The notes below the pieces were generated by a model, which worked only from the letters and a program-made list of their open reading frames with translations, was not told the origin of the DNA and searched no databases. Of a stretch of 64,000 bases of DNA, positions 13,195 to 27,659 are shown piece by piece. Position numbers and translations under genes: made by a program. Numbering within the stretch: the stretch's first letter is position 1; every line of letters starts with the position of its first letter. Source of the DNA: Mytilus trossulus (lineage: Eukaryota); assembly GCF_036588685.1 (NCBI RefSeq), contig NC_086375.1, forward strand, positions 58,342,001-58,406,000. Direction: 5' to 3'.

Positions 13195-15340
13195 TTTATT
13201 TGAAGCTAGAGAGAACAGCTGGTGTTAGCTGATCTCTGAAGCTGTCAACAGTGGTGGTTTCAATTACAGTTTGTGGTAGTAAATTCCATTGAATAATTGT
13301 TCACTGGAAGTATGACCATTTGTATGTGTCCTTGGAAGTTTGGATGTGTCTGTATGTCTGAGTATGATTTTGACTTGTTCTGCTGTCTTTTTGTTCAAGA
13401 ATATGCGATGGAATGGCAACAAGACAATGTATTACTTTATAGAATAAAATGAGTCTGGTTTTTAAGCGTCTCTCAGCTAGTGGTGGCCATTTCAACTGAT
13501 TTAGCATGTTTGTGACACTGCTCTTGTAGTCGTAGTTGTTGTGTACATAACGAGCAGTGCGTCTCTGTACCTTTTCTAATTGTGTCTGTTGTTCTTTTAT
13601 ATGAGGGTCCCAGACACTACAACTATATTCCAGTTTGGGTCTTACTAGTGCCTGGTATGCTCTTGATTTTGTTTCTGTGTTAGTAATTTTTAAATTTCTT
13701 TTTAGAAAACCTAGTGATCTGTTCCCATTTGATACTACAAAATGTATGTTGTCTATATGTTTGTTCCACTTTAGATTTGATTGTAAGGTAATGCCTAAAT
13801 ATTTTGCTGATGTAACTGATTCGAGAATATGATTGTGGAGGATGTAATTATGTCGGTAGTTATTTTTCTTTTGAGAGATGGACAGGTTTGTACATTTATC
13901 AGGGTGAAATGCCATAAGCCAATCTGACTCCCATCGAGCTGCTGAGTCAAGGTCAAGTTGTAGCTTATGATTCTGTATTCTGTAGGTGTCGCTGTTGACA
14001 CTGGATTGTCTCCCTTGTAATTATTGAAATTTCGCGTGTATATATTTCACTCTGGTAAACACCTCACTTGTACTTTAAAATATATTCTTTTAGGTGGCAA
14101 CTGTGCTTAACATATTTTGACAAAAATTAAAAATATACATTTATTAATTAAGAGGAAAAGAGATATTTTTAAAAATAAATAAAATAATATTTCATTAATC
14201 AAAACGGCGCGACTTGCAAATAAAGACACCCAACAAACGCATTAGTGTTTCATTAGAGACGGAGACATTGTCGTTTTTTTCCATTGACAATAAAAGTTCT
14301 AAATCAATATGCAACGATCCTGTGTTAAAGTATATCTCATGTATAAGTTTTTGTCTTGCCTCTTCATAGTTTGCACAAAATAGTAAATAATGTTCCACAG
14401 TTTCTAATTGAGCACAATCACACTTGGGGTCAATATTTTGATTGATTTTGTTAAGGTAATTTTTTAAATAATATCCGGATCTTAAATTTCTGATAATTTT
14501 TGCTGTTTTATGATCTGGATAATCAAATGTTGATTTTTTGCTGACAGTCTGATGAAAATTGTAATAAAATCTTCCTGTATCACTATTATCCCATCTATGT
14601 TGCCACTTTTTATTTACTAAAACACTTGCTGCTGTTTTAATATCTTGTTTAGTCACTGTAATATGAGCTTCTTTTTGAATTTGATTTGCTTCTTTGGCTG
14701 CCTCTTTAGCTAGTTTATCAGCTATTTCATTTCCTCTAACATCAGCATGTCCTGGGGTCCAATCAAAATTAATTTTAATTCCATGATTATTTTGTATTGA
14801 TTTAATTAGAGAGATAATTTCATGTGAAGTGGATCTGTGATTTACAATTTTCCAATTTAAAGTTAAAATTCCGATGGCTGACTGACTGTCCGAAAATATT
14901 TTTACTTCTTCTATAATGGTTTTATTTTCAATTCTGCTAACATAATCTAATACTAATTTTATTGCAACAAGTTCTGCCAAAAGAATTGAACCCCTTTTTG
15001 AAACGGGTTGTTTGAGTTCTATTTCTTCATTGTTGACAATTAAAATTGCCCCTGCTCCACAAGGTCCTGGGTTGGATTGGCAAGAGCCGTCTGTAAAAGC
15101 AACAACTGTTGATGGAGATACTGTGTTAAGTTTGTTTACTATTAAATTTTTTCCTGTGATTTCTTGTTCTTTAGTTCTGTTTTTTGAGGAACCAAGAGTA
15201 CGCCAAATTATATTCTGGTGGAGATTTTGATGCTTGTAGACCTTGAAATTGATATTCTGGCTCTTATGACAATCATCTTGTGTTTTTATTTCCCTTTAAA
15301 TTATGCTGTCATCAGCAAAGAGTCTAAGTTTACTGTGTTC
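13195..15340 (-). mobile_element. 5'-truncated non-LTR retrotransposon RT C-terminus (CR1/L2/RTE-X-like), split by a second LINE
   Basis: LRLFADDS...TQDDCHK at ~15330-15263 continues as HKLQLDLDSAARWESDWLMAFHPDKC...KYLGITLQSNLKWNKHI...YQALVRPKLEYSCSVWDPH...LEKVQRR at 13970-13301. Confidence 0.9.
13971..15262 (-). mobile_element. 5'-truncated RNase H-encoding LINE (I/Nimb/Proto-like) inserted into the other LINE
   Basis: Open frame with RNase H motifs AFTDGSCQSNPGPCGAG, AELVAI, IFSDSQSA, WTPGHADVRGNEIADKLAK and a C-terminal CDC...ETVEHYLLFC knuckle (stop at 14195). It has a short repeated tail (acagaat)2 and a 7-bp TSD cttatga at 13964-13970 and 15263-15269. Confidence 0.92.
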
Positions 15341-18300
15341 TAGATATTCCGGAAAAGGACATCTAAAAGGACAGCATAAGATTCTCTTAATACCGACCTA
15401 CAAATTTGTCTTCAATAACTACATCACATTGCAAAGAACAGTTTGGTTCCACGGGAACTATCGGTCTTCTTTTATAAGTTTGGTAATTAGTTGTATCACG
15501 GGAGATAATCCAATTCAGTATCAGTCAAGTTTTCTCCCTTGTCATCCGAATTTTCACATGGAATAACTTCAAATCAAATTAACAACAGCGAAATAACCAT
15601 TACTTGGATCTGATGGGGGGGGGGGGGGGGGTCCTATTTTTACCTCGGTGACAGCAGTTACGCTAGAATCATAGGTTCTTGTGGACAGGAAAATTTTTTG
15701 AACTCCCCCCTTTTTTTTTCTTTTTTTTTCTTAAATTTCGATTATTTTTTTGGCTTTTCTGTATTATTTGAACATGAATATACCAGACATATCTTTTTTA
15801 TAATATATCAGTGACTACTGTGGATAGTAAATTTGTAAATGATAGTAAACAGACTATCATCAAGTTCTATTATATTTATAAATGTTCATTTCAATATAGA
15901 AAAAAAAACCGGCAAAAATTATCAAAATTATTAGTACCCCAAAAATATAAAAAAAATGAGTAGGAAGGCTTAAACAAATATCATGTCACAAGAACCTATG
16001 CTTATTATTGAATTTCTATGTTTACATGGTTTATAAATATTTAATTTTATTATTCCGCCGAAGTATCTCAATATTTTTGAGCTTATTCAAATTTTGCCAC
16101 GCAAGTATAGATTCTCTTGTATCATACTTCAAATTTGCATAAACATGTGAAACCAAGTCATTCACGTATACATGCCAAATTGTGTGTACTGTGTGCAACT
16201 TGAAAAGTAAAATCACACAAATTCTTAACTCAGAGAAAAATCAAAACGGAAAGTCCCTAATCACTGATTGGCAAAATCAAAAGCTCAAACATATCAAACT
16301 AATGGATAACAACTGTCATATTCCTCCTGACTTGTTACAGACCATTTTCTTATGTAGAATATGGTGGATTAAAACTGGTTTTATCACCAGCTAAACCTCT
16401 CACATGTATGACAATCACATTGATGGGATAAAATTCCATAGGTAAAACTGTAATAAACAGGGGTACAGCATTCAACATTGTGTTAATTATAATCTTTATT
16501 GTAATATGTGTTGTTAATATTTTTTGTGTTATAAATATGTGTTTATGTTTGGTCAAAAGCTCTAGATCTTTCTTGTGATGTTTTATAAATGCCGAATCCA
16601 AATCAACTGTTCTTATCTTATGTTATAAGTGTTGTCGGTACCATGATCAGGCTTTTGCTCTCACATAGCCGAACAACAGAAACCAATTTTTAACACAAAA
16701 CCTTTAATCAAGTTTAATTTAACATCAGTGCTGTATTTTCGAGTTATTCAAGGATAAAACTGACGAACCAATTTGAGAACCCTGATTTCTTGCTATCTTT
16801 AACCATTATAACATTTATATAATAGTTTATTGTAAATGTTTAATCTGCCATGACTTTATCGAGAATTGTCATACATTGAAGTGACGGCATGTTTGAAAAG
16901 AAGGTAATTTGTTGCGTCAACAGTTTTCGCACTGGACCGTCGATCTTGTCTTGATTATGACCATAAATACAATATCGAGATTCAGGACTTTTACTATCCG
17001 TTATTTCCGCGAGAAACAATTCCTGACATACAAAAAGACTTTATAGATGGGGAGAAATTACGGAGGTGTTGGTAAAGTTATAGCATCCTGGTGTAATTGG
17101 AATGTTGATACAGAAACATTCAGTCACATATAACTCACGATTGGAAAGTTATAATTGTATATGTCATACAATTTGTCATGTAACTTGCCTGTATGAAGAC
17201 ACATATATATATGTTTAAAAATTAAGCATGAATAACGTCTATATCTCTGCTGAACAACTGATGTCTCATTAGCACACTGAATTATCGTCTATTTAGTTCT
17301 TTCAAATGCATTTCGAAATAATAGTTGCCACGTGAATATAAGAAATACATACGTATTTGCAATTTGGAAAGGACGTAATAAATATTAATACCAAATACGC
17401 ATCCTTTCTCATGTTGACAAACATGGCATTACTTTCAGGCAAATCGTTGCTTTATGTTTCTGTTATTATGAGAGAAAAAAATTATAGTAATAGCAGTTTT
17501 TTTTTGTTAAATTATTCACAACCTTTTTCAGTCTCGGGACAACTTAGAAATTAAAAACTTACATAGACACGCCCTAAATCCCTTTTGGGTGTTCTGTATT
17601 TTGAGCCTTCAGATGGCTGTATAATGAGAACTAAAACATCGCTCCTGACACAGACATTTCAAAATAGATGTTTTATGGTTGTTTGTATTGACGCAAATTC
17701 TACATATTTTTTTTATCCATAGATTGAGATATACAAGTTAGCATATGCATACATAGTTCTTTTAAAAAGATTGATGTAAAAGAAGGCCGCAAAGCATACA
17801 AATGTATACAAAGCTCGCCGAACTTTTTATTTGATTTTCAAATTCTTAAGATCAAAATCCAACAATCATATAAACGTTAACGCTACGTAACCAGAGATCA
17901 TTTCTTAGGAACATTGATTATCAATTACCATGTAGCTGACTTGATGGTATGAAAGAAAACATGTGACAAAATCAGTTAAAGAAAAGAGACCACACACCAT
18001 TTTCCTCGATTCTTTTAATTTTGATGTATATGATATAAACCCTATACTGTTTTACGATTACTTAATTTTTTTATCATTTAAATTCTCCAACACCGTTGAC
18101 ATTTCTTTTCTACACAATATTATCGACTATTCCTAGCGTGGCTTCATCGATCGAGTTTGTAGAATATAAACTGACAGAGTCTGGAGGCAAATTATCAATA
18201 CTTGATTGATTGGTTCCAAAGTGGGAATTTTATGACAGGTCGATGACGTCGATTAAATGGAAGAAACTTGTATTCTTGGATTCCACATAACATCGCGGAA

Positions 18301-18785
18301 TTAGATATTTTTGTGAGGTAAGTGAAAATAGCATTAGCCATTCTATTTTTACTAATTAAATGTGATTGTGACAAATACACTTAATAGCGACAATTTAATA
18401 AGTGTTGGGCAGCCTGTGTTGTGTTCTAAATACTGATTTTCAGTGTAACTTAGGTCAGATTAATTAGGAAGTGAGTTTTTACGGATTGACTTTAGGGTAT
18501 AGGTATGAATTGTTGCATACTATCTGGAAAATGTTTTGCTTATTGTATATAAAGCACATACATACATAGTCCTTTTATTTGCTGAATGTTTGAACTGTAG
18601 ACCATTTGCACATCTATTAATTTATTAAAAGGATTTATTGTACCTAGTTATACGTTACTCTTCATTATTTTCAGCATGCAAGAAAAGATCAATTGAGAGA
18701 AGACAATCTGTTATAAAATTGTACTAGCAGTTCTTTTGAGAACTGTATGAATTTATTGATGAATTGAAGATATAGACTGTTAAAC

Positions 18786-21339
18786 ATGTTGAGAGCTGTG
18801 TTGACTGCAGTTTACATTATATCTGGTGTCCATATATTTTTGGGGATTCTCAGTGTTTGTCTAGGTGTAGTGTCCAGTATTCGTTCAGAAGTGTGGCTTG
18901 CACACAGTGTGTCTCCAATATGGAGTGGAGGGTTTGTAAGTATGCAATTTAAAACAAAATTGGAACGTCTTAAATTATAATTTGTCACAAATAAGCAACA
19001 CCCCCAAAAAATCAAAATAAGCACACACGCAATTTTGTTTGGTTAAACGTAAACTTTAACTTTAGGTTGTGTGTAGCGGGTATTCGGATTTAAAATATAA
19101 TTATGTCGTGCGTTTTAACATCATATCTAAACAAATACAAACTGCAATATTAATTAGTCAACAATACTCAATCTCTTGAATGCCAGCATGTTTGGGAATC
19201 ATATACCAAAAGCAAATATTGAAGATGCATTCATAAAATGAAAAACCTTTCCACGCTTTCACTTCAAGTTTTTATGTGTACATGTATTTGTGATGACTGT
19301 ATTTTGTAGGTTTTACAGTAATTGTATATATTTTAAAATTTAGTTTATTGTGTTGTATTTTATATATTATATGACTTATATTAATGAATTAAAGGTATGA
19401 GTATATTAATTACAGATTGTAATTAATTGATTAGTATATTTATATATACTTTGTTCATTTTATTTGCGTATTTGACAGTTGGACTTATTGACATACGACA
19501 TTGTCTACAGGTTTGGGTAACTTTGGTTTGACTCTAGTTTACTTCAAAGTTCTTTTTGTGGTTCATTGGACCGTACACTTTCTTTATTTCCATTGGTCAT
19601 CATGTTTTGGCGCTATATTTCTTTTGTTCTTTTATGCTGGTCATCACTTTCTATATACTGGTGGACATATTCATATGTGCTTGATATAATTATAAGTCTG
19701 AACTTATATTCTTTCTTAGTTTTCTATATTCTGTATTCAGGTATATTTTAAGTAATCCTGGGAGTTTGTGAATTAATGTCCAATAGAAAATTCAGGAGGC
19801 CTTTGCACCTCATGCGAGGGTATTTTATGATACTTTGTAATTATCCTGAGTTTGTCCAGAAATAAAAGGAACCACCTCTAAAGAAAAGTATTGCGTTTTA
19901 TTAGCCGTAGAAAGTGCTACTTAATATTGATCAATATTTTACTTTCTGTTTCAGTTCATTATCACAGGAATTATAGGGATTTTATGTGCTAAAAGGAAAT
20001 CGTCATACGTGGTAAGGTAATATAAAATGACCAAAATTATCGTCAAAGACAAAAAAAAAAGAGGGACGAAAGATACTAAAGGGACAGTAAACTCAAAGAT
20101 TGAAAATAACTGACAACGCCATGGCTGAAAATATAAAGACAAACAGACAAATATTAATAAAAGTTCAGAAGACAAAACATAGAAAACTAAAGACTAAGCA
20201 ACACGAAACCGCAAGTGTTTGGAATACATATATCTAAACCAGAAACAGTCAGGCGACAACTACATGATCGATCTTTGGTGGTTAATATAAAAAAGAATAT
20301 GTAGTAGAATTACCAATGAGGCAAATTCTCACAACAGACCGAATGTCACAGAAATTAACAACTATTTGTCACTGTATGAACTTCAACAATGAGCAAAGCA
20401 CACACCACTTTCAGCTATTCTGTTATGGTCTGTTTTCATTGGTGGAGGAAGCCACCAGGAGACCTGCCGGAAAACAATGTAAATTTCGGGATGCATAAGT
20501 ACCTAGCCGCCTCACTAAAAGTATATTACCAAAAATGAACTTAACAGTAAAAAAAAGATATACAAAGAAAACCACAGACTTTCGGCAGGAAAACTTGCAA
20601 TCCTAGCCAGTTAAGATTGAGTGGACCACACATGTCACTAGCAGGGCTCGAACCTACAATATCAGTTTTTACAGGATAGTGACACAGTAGATAGACTGTA
20701 TATTAACATATTGTGTCAACTAATTTCAATTTTTGTTTACACTTCCCATTATACTTTCTTCATAGAAACGATGCATTTGATATCCATTTATCAAGTTAAG
20801 AAACAAGATTGATAACAAGGCTTCGCTTTAATTACATTCACTTCATTAAAATCCCCATTTTGGCAAAGAATGAAAACAATGCAATCAATTTTACCGTACG
20901 AAATTCCATGATTTCGTATTCGTTAACTTGATGCTTCTATGAGTCAATACTATTGAAAACCTTATAATCTAAGCAATTTTGTATCCTTTCTTTATATTTT
21001 TAGATCATGAGCTTTATAGCACTGTCCGTAGTATCCATAGTTACAGCCGTGGTCAGTATTCAGCTTCTTCGTCTTGGACTAGTGAACCATACGACAGATG
21101 GGCACACTTTTCAGAAGGAAAACAAAGACATTTTAATACTGATAGCGTTGGCCGTAGCAGGAACAGAATGTCTTGTTTGTATACTATCATCTATTCTTAG
21201 CTGTAGAGTAGCAAAAATAGCGAAAGAAGAAATGTTCAAACAAAGAGAGGGAATGTTTTATGTCAAGGTACTTGGTCAAAAAGACATAGTCGTTGTTACC
21301 AAACCTTTGCTTACAAGAGATGAAAATACAGCACTTTGA
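18786..21339 (+). CDS. TMEM196: Transmembrane protein 196-like (CD20/MS4A-like tetraspan), 3 coding exons, 180 aa
   Basis: Exons 18786-18935, 19955-20011 and 21004-21339, GT..AG, all phase 0. Four hydrophobic segments; SPIWSGGF|FIITGIIGILCAKRKSSYV|IMSF...LSSILSCRVAK...EMFKQRE resembles recalled TMEM196 (SPVWSG...GILCAKKKS...LSSWLTCRLA...MFSERE). Candidate UTR splice sites near 18318 and 18674; AATAAA at 21549. Confidence 0.88.
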
Positions 21340-24189
21340 TAAAAAAAAAGCGTCAAGAGAAATAGAAGTTTGTATTTATCGCATTACATTATCGAAATTA
21401 CAACAATCAAGATACTAATTTATCAATTTAATATAACTTTGCGTATCACTTAAACTTTCCAACACGAAATCAAATGATGTGTTTATATATTGTAGACATG
21501 AAACATATGGAATGGATTGTTTAATCTGTTAAGATTTGCAAACAGCACAATAAAGTTTAATGTTGTAACATTCATATGCATTTTATTTATCCAATCTAAT
21601 ATTCTATCAATCGCTTGTTTAACCCATACTCTATATACGTTACTACATTTCATTCAGTTTTTATTTTGTATTTTGTGAACAATCCTTTCTGTGTCTATAA
21701 ATCCACACTTATCTATGAATATCCTGGTTTGTAACAACATGAGCAACACGATGGGTGCCACATGTCGAGCAAGATCTGCTTACCCTTCCGGATATGATAT
21801 ATGTGAATATCCGTTTCACAGGTGATATCGTTGATGTTTCCAATGTCGTAACTAAACTCCCGTCCGTTCCCTTTCCACGAATGTGACATACCGAATTTAC
21901 CGGGTTTGCAATATACTAGTAATAAGCAACACGACGGGTGCCACATGTAGAGCAAGATATGCTTACCCTTCCGGAGTAGGCTGTCATCCCCCAAGTTTTT
22001 GGTTGGGTTCTTGTTGCTTAGTCTTTAGTTTTCTTTGTTGTGTCTTGTGTACTATTGTTTGTCTTTTCCTTTTTGGCCATTGCGTTGTCAATTTGATCTA
22101 TGAGTTTGAACTTTCAGTAAAGAGAACCATACGAAAAAAAATAATCTTGGAATTTGAAAAAAAAGAAACACTTAAGTTTCAAAAACATTATCCCAAAAAC
22201 TATAAAAGTCGCGAAATGGAGATTTTCCTGATAAAAATGGTGTCACACTGGTTCCAACGAATAGTCTATACTTTCGAATTGTTGAGAGATTGTCCAAAGA
22301 AGACGTGTAAGTAAGTATTGAATTTTCCTGATTATTTTCATTTTTATGAGGACAAACAGTATTGTTGTTGTAAATAATTAATGCCAACAATTATATATAT
22401 ACCCAATTAAGTCTTTTTATTTGCAAGGTCCATGCACACTTCTCCTTTGTAAGCTTTAATTGTATATCTTAATCATTCTTTAACTTTATTGCTTAAATTA
22501 TCATTGCAGTAGGATTCTATAATGTTAATTTTACAATACCTTTACTGCTTGCAATTCCTAATCTATGTTCTAATATGGTTATTCTGATGTATAGGTCGTT
22601 GATAAATTAAGAACTCACATACAACATTGGAGTTATCATCTTATATTGAAAAGTTTGTTGTTAAAACTTAAATTTCCTTGACTTTTTTTAAAGGATGATT
22701 CAAATGAAGTCAACGACGAAGTCCAATCACAACTTGACACAGAGGAAACAATTTACAGAGAAGAAACAACAGAAACAACTGATTTACACGTAGAAATACA
22801 ATCACAGTTCTTTTACAATGATGCCTTTATAAAAGACGAAGAAAACAGTTTTGTATTCATTTCGGATTAACAAGCACCATTATGCAAAGTTCAAATGTTG
22901 TAATTATTTATTTTAAGTTAAGACCCGTTGTCCTAATCAAAGTGTTCGTTAACCATAAAAACTTGTTGAAATTTGTTTTAGGGATTTGATAATGATAACC
23001 GCTAAAGAAATGTTTGAACAGAAACTTTGGACGGACTTCGTTGAAATAAAATCTATTTAAAAAAAAACCTTTTCTTTGTCCGGAATAAGCCAATGCTTAC
23101 ATTCTGTACTCCGTGCATGTTTTCACGGAATTTTGTTTGTTTTCTTAAAACAAATATTATAATATGTAGTAATTTATTGTATTGCTATATATAATTCAGA
23201 TCAGTTGTAAGCAAGTTACATTATGCGAGACATAGAGATATATAGAGACACACAAAATAATGTACGACATTTAAAAAGTATGTGGTACTAAGAGATGTGG
23301 TATGATGCCAATGATACAATTATCCACCAAAGTTTAAACGAAGTAGATTTAAGCAATTATAGGCAGTTGTACGACCTTGAGCAATGAGAAAAACCGTGTA
23401 GTCGGCTATACAAGGCCTCTGCATGAAAATTATGAAACAGTTTAATTTAGAAAACTAACGGCTTTAATACTGAATATCAACAATTTAGGAAAACAACTAT
23501 GATAGATATGAACCAACGATAACCACTGACCTATGGAATACTTCAGCACATAGAGAATGTGGTGGGGTTGCACGTGTTTGTATGCGTCCAACCATCCACC
23601 TAAACTAGGACAGTATTACAGCACAACATAAGAACACATTATAAGAATCAGTTGAATTTTAAGGGTTCAGCTCATCTGATCAATTCAAATCAGAAAACAT
23701 ATAACTAGATCACAGAATGGACGTGGCACAGTATTTATGTATCACTAACAACACAAACTGAAGGTACTCGTGGTTTTAACAGCTAGCTCAAAGCCAATAA
23801 AAAATGATACAAAAACATCAGGTATTTACGACTAAAATATAAATCAGTAACCATCCAACATCCAATGGATGTAAAGAGGTCTTTAACAGTCAGTGAAAAC
23901 TGGACCTTGCGGGAATTAAAATATAGGTATCGACAAATAGTAGTTTCGTGAAAGTGTGACTTAGATGGAGAGTTTTCTCGTTCATTTGATGTGTAACTGT
24001 TTGAGCTTTTGTGTTTTTGTCATTTGTTGAGGGTATTTCAGTTTTGAATTTCCCTCGGAGTTCAGTTTTTTTTTATTTTACTTGATACCACATTTCTTAT
24101 ATTCATCGTGTATTGTTTGTGTAGTTGATACGGAATATTTATAAACAAGGTCTTGGTCGCTTTTTTTAGAATAGGGATAAGACATTCTT

Positions 24190-25070
24190 TGGTTCTTTGA
24201 CATAACCGTGGATTCGAAACATTTTGCTGAGACACTAGTGACGTTTTTTTACGGGTGAGTAGCAGCTGCTAGCTCTTGAATACCGAATGAGTAGTAATGG
24301 AAATATATACCCCATATGTGCAGGTGAAGTTGGTATATTGATACTAAGGGGGGAGGAGGACTGATTATTTCAAAATTACAATCGGCTCGTTTGTCATAGA
24401 TTCTAGTACTTAGTTGACCGCTTGTTTCCAACTCCAGGTAATTTAAAAATGAGACAGAGAGAGCCGTGTCTCTTGTTCCTTTAATTCTATTTCTGGAAGA
24501 TATTTTGTTGGAACTTAATCAAAAGCATTTTGATTGCTATTGAAATGAGCATCATCATTATATCTGATTGCGAAATTAGAAGTACTTTCTTCTTTAATCT
24601 TCTGGTTTTTGACAAGGGTCTAAAGAAACTCTGACTAATACAAAAATTAGAATAGGCCGACAAGGAGAGGGGCACAGCTCGTTCCCATCGTAATGCCAAC
24701 AATTTGTTGAAAGTAGTCCATGTTGTCAAAATTAACTCCAGCAAACTGGTAATTTGTAGCATGTTTTACATTTTTGTTCACTATTAAAAAAATATGCCGT
24801 AGTGTATCCAAAAGTTATGAATTTATAACGTATGTTTTCCTTTTTATGTTAAATAGCATTGTGAAATATTTCTTGTGGACGATTTTTTTTCATTTTGTAA
24901 GGGGAATGGTGTTATACAGGGTTTTAAAAAATAAAAATTTATTAGATAGAACTTATTTCAGAAAAAGAAATTATCCAGAAGTTCATTAGGTTTTATGGTA
25001 GAACCTACATCTGATAATCCTACTACGCAAGTAAACGGGTTTACAGTATTTCTGAGGACCCTCTTTTATT
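24190..25070 (-). mobile_element. Decayed Penelope-like retroelement RT fragment
   Basis: Frameshifted FQQIVGITMGTSCAPLL motif and SGQLSTRIYDKRADCNFEI, typical of Penelope-like RT. Confidence 0.7.
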
Positions 25071-25436
25071 ACAGACAGAATTTTTGCCAATCTTAAGGAC
25101 AATTTCTTCGTCGAACATGCAGATGATCAGGCAATGTACCGTTGTTAGTATTTTGTGAAGTTAAGGTATCCAATGCAAACAACTAAAAGAAATATATTAC
25201 TGCATGCAGTGTTAGCCATTATTTCCCTAAACATGTATTTATATAAAAGTATAAGTTAAATTATACATAAGTATGGACATATTCAAGCACACCTTTAACA
25301 GTGACGAAGCACGAGTTTTTTTTAATGATCAGGTTTTCAGAAGCACTGCATAAGCCAGTCCAGTTTTTTATTTACTAAAACATAGAATGCATTTGAATTT
25401 ATTTATCGAGGGCTTTCTATGCATTAACAATTTTCC

Positions 25437-26219
25437 ATGTATCACTGTAGCTAGTTATCTGGAGAGTACAGCTATATTCTACCATTTAAGTATTCATTCA
25501 TACTAAAACATAATCATGTGAAATTCCATCATACCAAGTAGATAGGCCCAACTTTACCAACTGAGGTAGAATGGTGGAAATTCATAGCATGAAACATATA
25601 ATTCTTATTCTTGTATATCAAAACTCTAAACTAATATACAAATAAAAAATAATGAAATAACGAAATATATTACTAGTATATACTATATATAAAAAAGATA
25701 TGCAAAAATACAAAACGACAGATATCCAACAAGTAAAATTTCACAGTGGTACTCGCCAATTTTGTTTCGTGCTCCGAAATATTTTTTTCCACATATTCAA
25801 CCATGTACGTCACATATCCTCTGATGGATGTCCACTAGCTTAGAAAACGTATACCTTATATTATCACCCTTCTTCCTTTTTATATGAACTGTGAATTAGA
25901 TAAAAAGACATGGATTATAAGGCCTATATGCGATACAAGTAAAATAGAGCAAGAATTATATGTCCCATATGTAACTCATGCGTGCTTAAGTGTAAAACTC
26001 GCATTAGTACGAGTACAACGTATATAGTACTAGAAACAGCGGCGGGGTTGGCTTGCATGCATTATAAATTAGTGGAGAGTAGAACATAGACTAGATTTGC
26101 TTACTGTCCCTCAATGAATGAATAAATGCGTAAATGGTAGTAAACATAGTACACACAACATATAGTGTAGAACTAGTATATAGCTGTACTCTTCTGATAC
26201 ATAGCTACGGTGACACATG
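25437..26219. mobile_element. ~780-bp non-autonomous TIR element
   Basis: catgtatcactgtagctagttatctggagagtacagctata at 25437 is mirrored by tatagctgtactcttctgatacatagctacggtgacacatg ending at 26219. Confidence 0.65.
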
Positions 26220-27659
26220 TTTCTTTGGACTCCGAGTAAATTTTGAGGTGAAAACGCCATTTTAGGCAAGGGTACACATGAACCTTAAAAAAGCGTATAA
26301 AATGTTTTGTAAGAGGCAAGACAGCATCTAGCTATGACAACAACAGTTTACATTCTGTACAGCAATAATTATTTTTTCTTGACTCAGTCCAAAACATTTT
26401 TTCCCAGAAAATGTGCAAAAAAAAAGAGGAGAAATGAGTTAAGTGAAAGGTTACTTCGCATCCTTTTTATACTGCGGTCAAAATTTGAGGAGGTTGAAAG
26501 TTATCTAGGCTGTTCTCAATTTCTGGAGATACTTTGAGAGGAAGTTTTAATTTCAGTTATCGTTATTTCAGATATTTTACAAAATATGAATGATTAATTT
26601 ACTATTTAATTAAAAACTGCCTAATATTTATATATGCTATTATACACTACAATGCATCACAGCGGTTGTAAATTCAACCACTATCAAATTTTTTTTGCAA
26701 GAATGGATGGAAGACTTTTTGGTTATATTGTTTTTATATTGAGCGCATTTCTGTATCTATATATAATTATCTATTATCTGATCTTCAACATTTGCCCCCT
26801 CTGTTCACATATCAATCTGTTATTCAAATTAATATCGGATTTTAAGAGATGATTTTTTTTTCTTCATCAGTTTTCATAGATATTATATGTTCATTGACAT
26901 TTTTTATACAGTGGGAATGACCTGCATATATATTATATGGATGAACGAATTTTGTGTATCAGGGTTATTTTTCTGGCTAGCGATTTTTTTCGGTTCTTTT
27001 GATCTCATTATGATCGCACACAGCGAACATCATTTCTAACTCTAGTACTTTTTACATTGTTTTGAAATCGTTTGACATATTAGTGTTTTCGTTTTCAGGT
27101 CTTCTTGAAACTGTATTGACATTTGTTGATATAGATGCTAGTTATTATTTCTGTTTAGAGAGTAATCAATCGAATTTGTGTTTTTTTCGGCGTTCACAAG
27201 TGCTTTGTAGCGGAAACCGGTGAATAAATGTGATGGGTTTTGAGCAAATTTTATATGAAGGTCTCTTCTTGGATTGTGCTCCATGTTTGTGTGCATTAAG
27301 CCATAGTCGTGACTTTTCCTGACCATGATAGTTATTGAAAAGGAAAACAAATCATTTTCAGGTGAAAACAAAAATACTAATTTTCATTCTTTTCTAAAAT
27401 TTAAAGCACATAACCTATGAGACCTAAAATGAACAAAATGAAATACCCTAAGTTTGTAATTTGTCATCAAAACAAAGAATGTGTGCTTGAATTACAAAGT
27501 ATCAGATAAAGGCCGAGTTATATGCAAATTTATTCTTTTTTTAATAAATGAGATACAAAATCTGACATCACGAGCGACACATTATAATTTGTTGAGGAAA
27601 ACCCCTTTTTTAAACCAAACAGCGGCATACTACTGTTGCCTTTATATATTCATCTTTTC

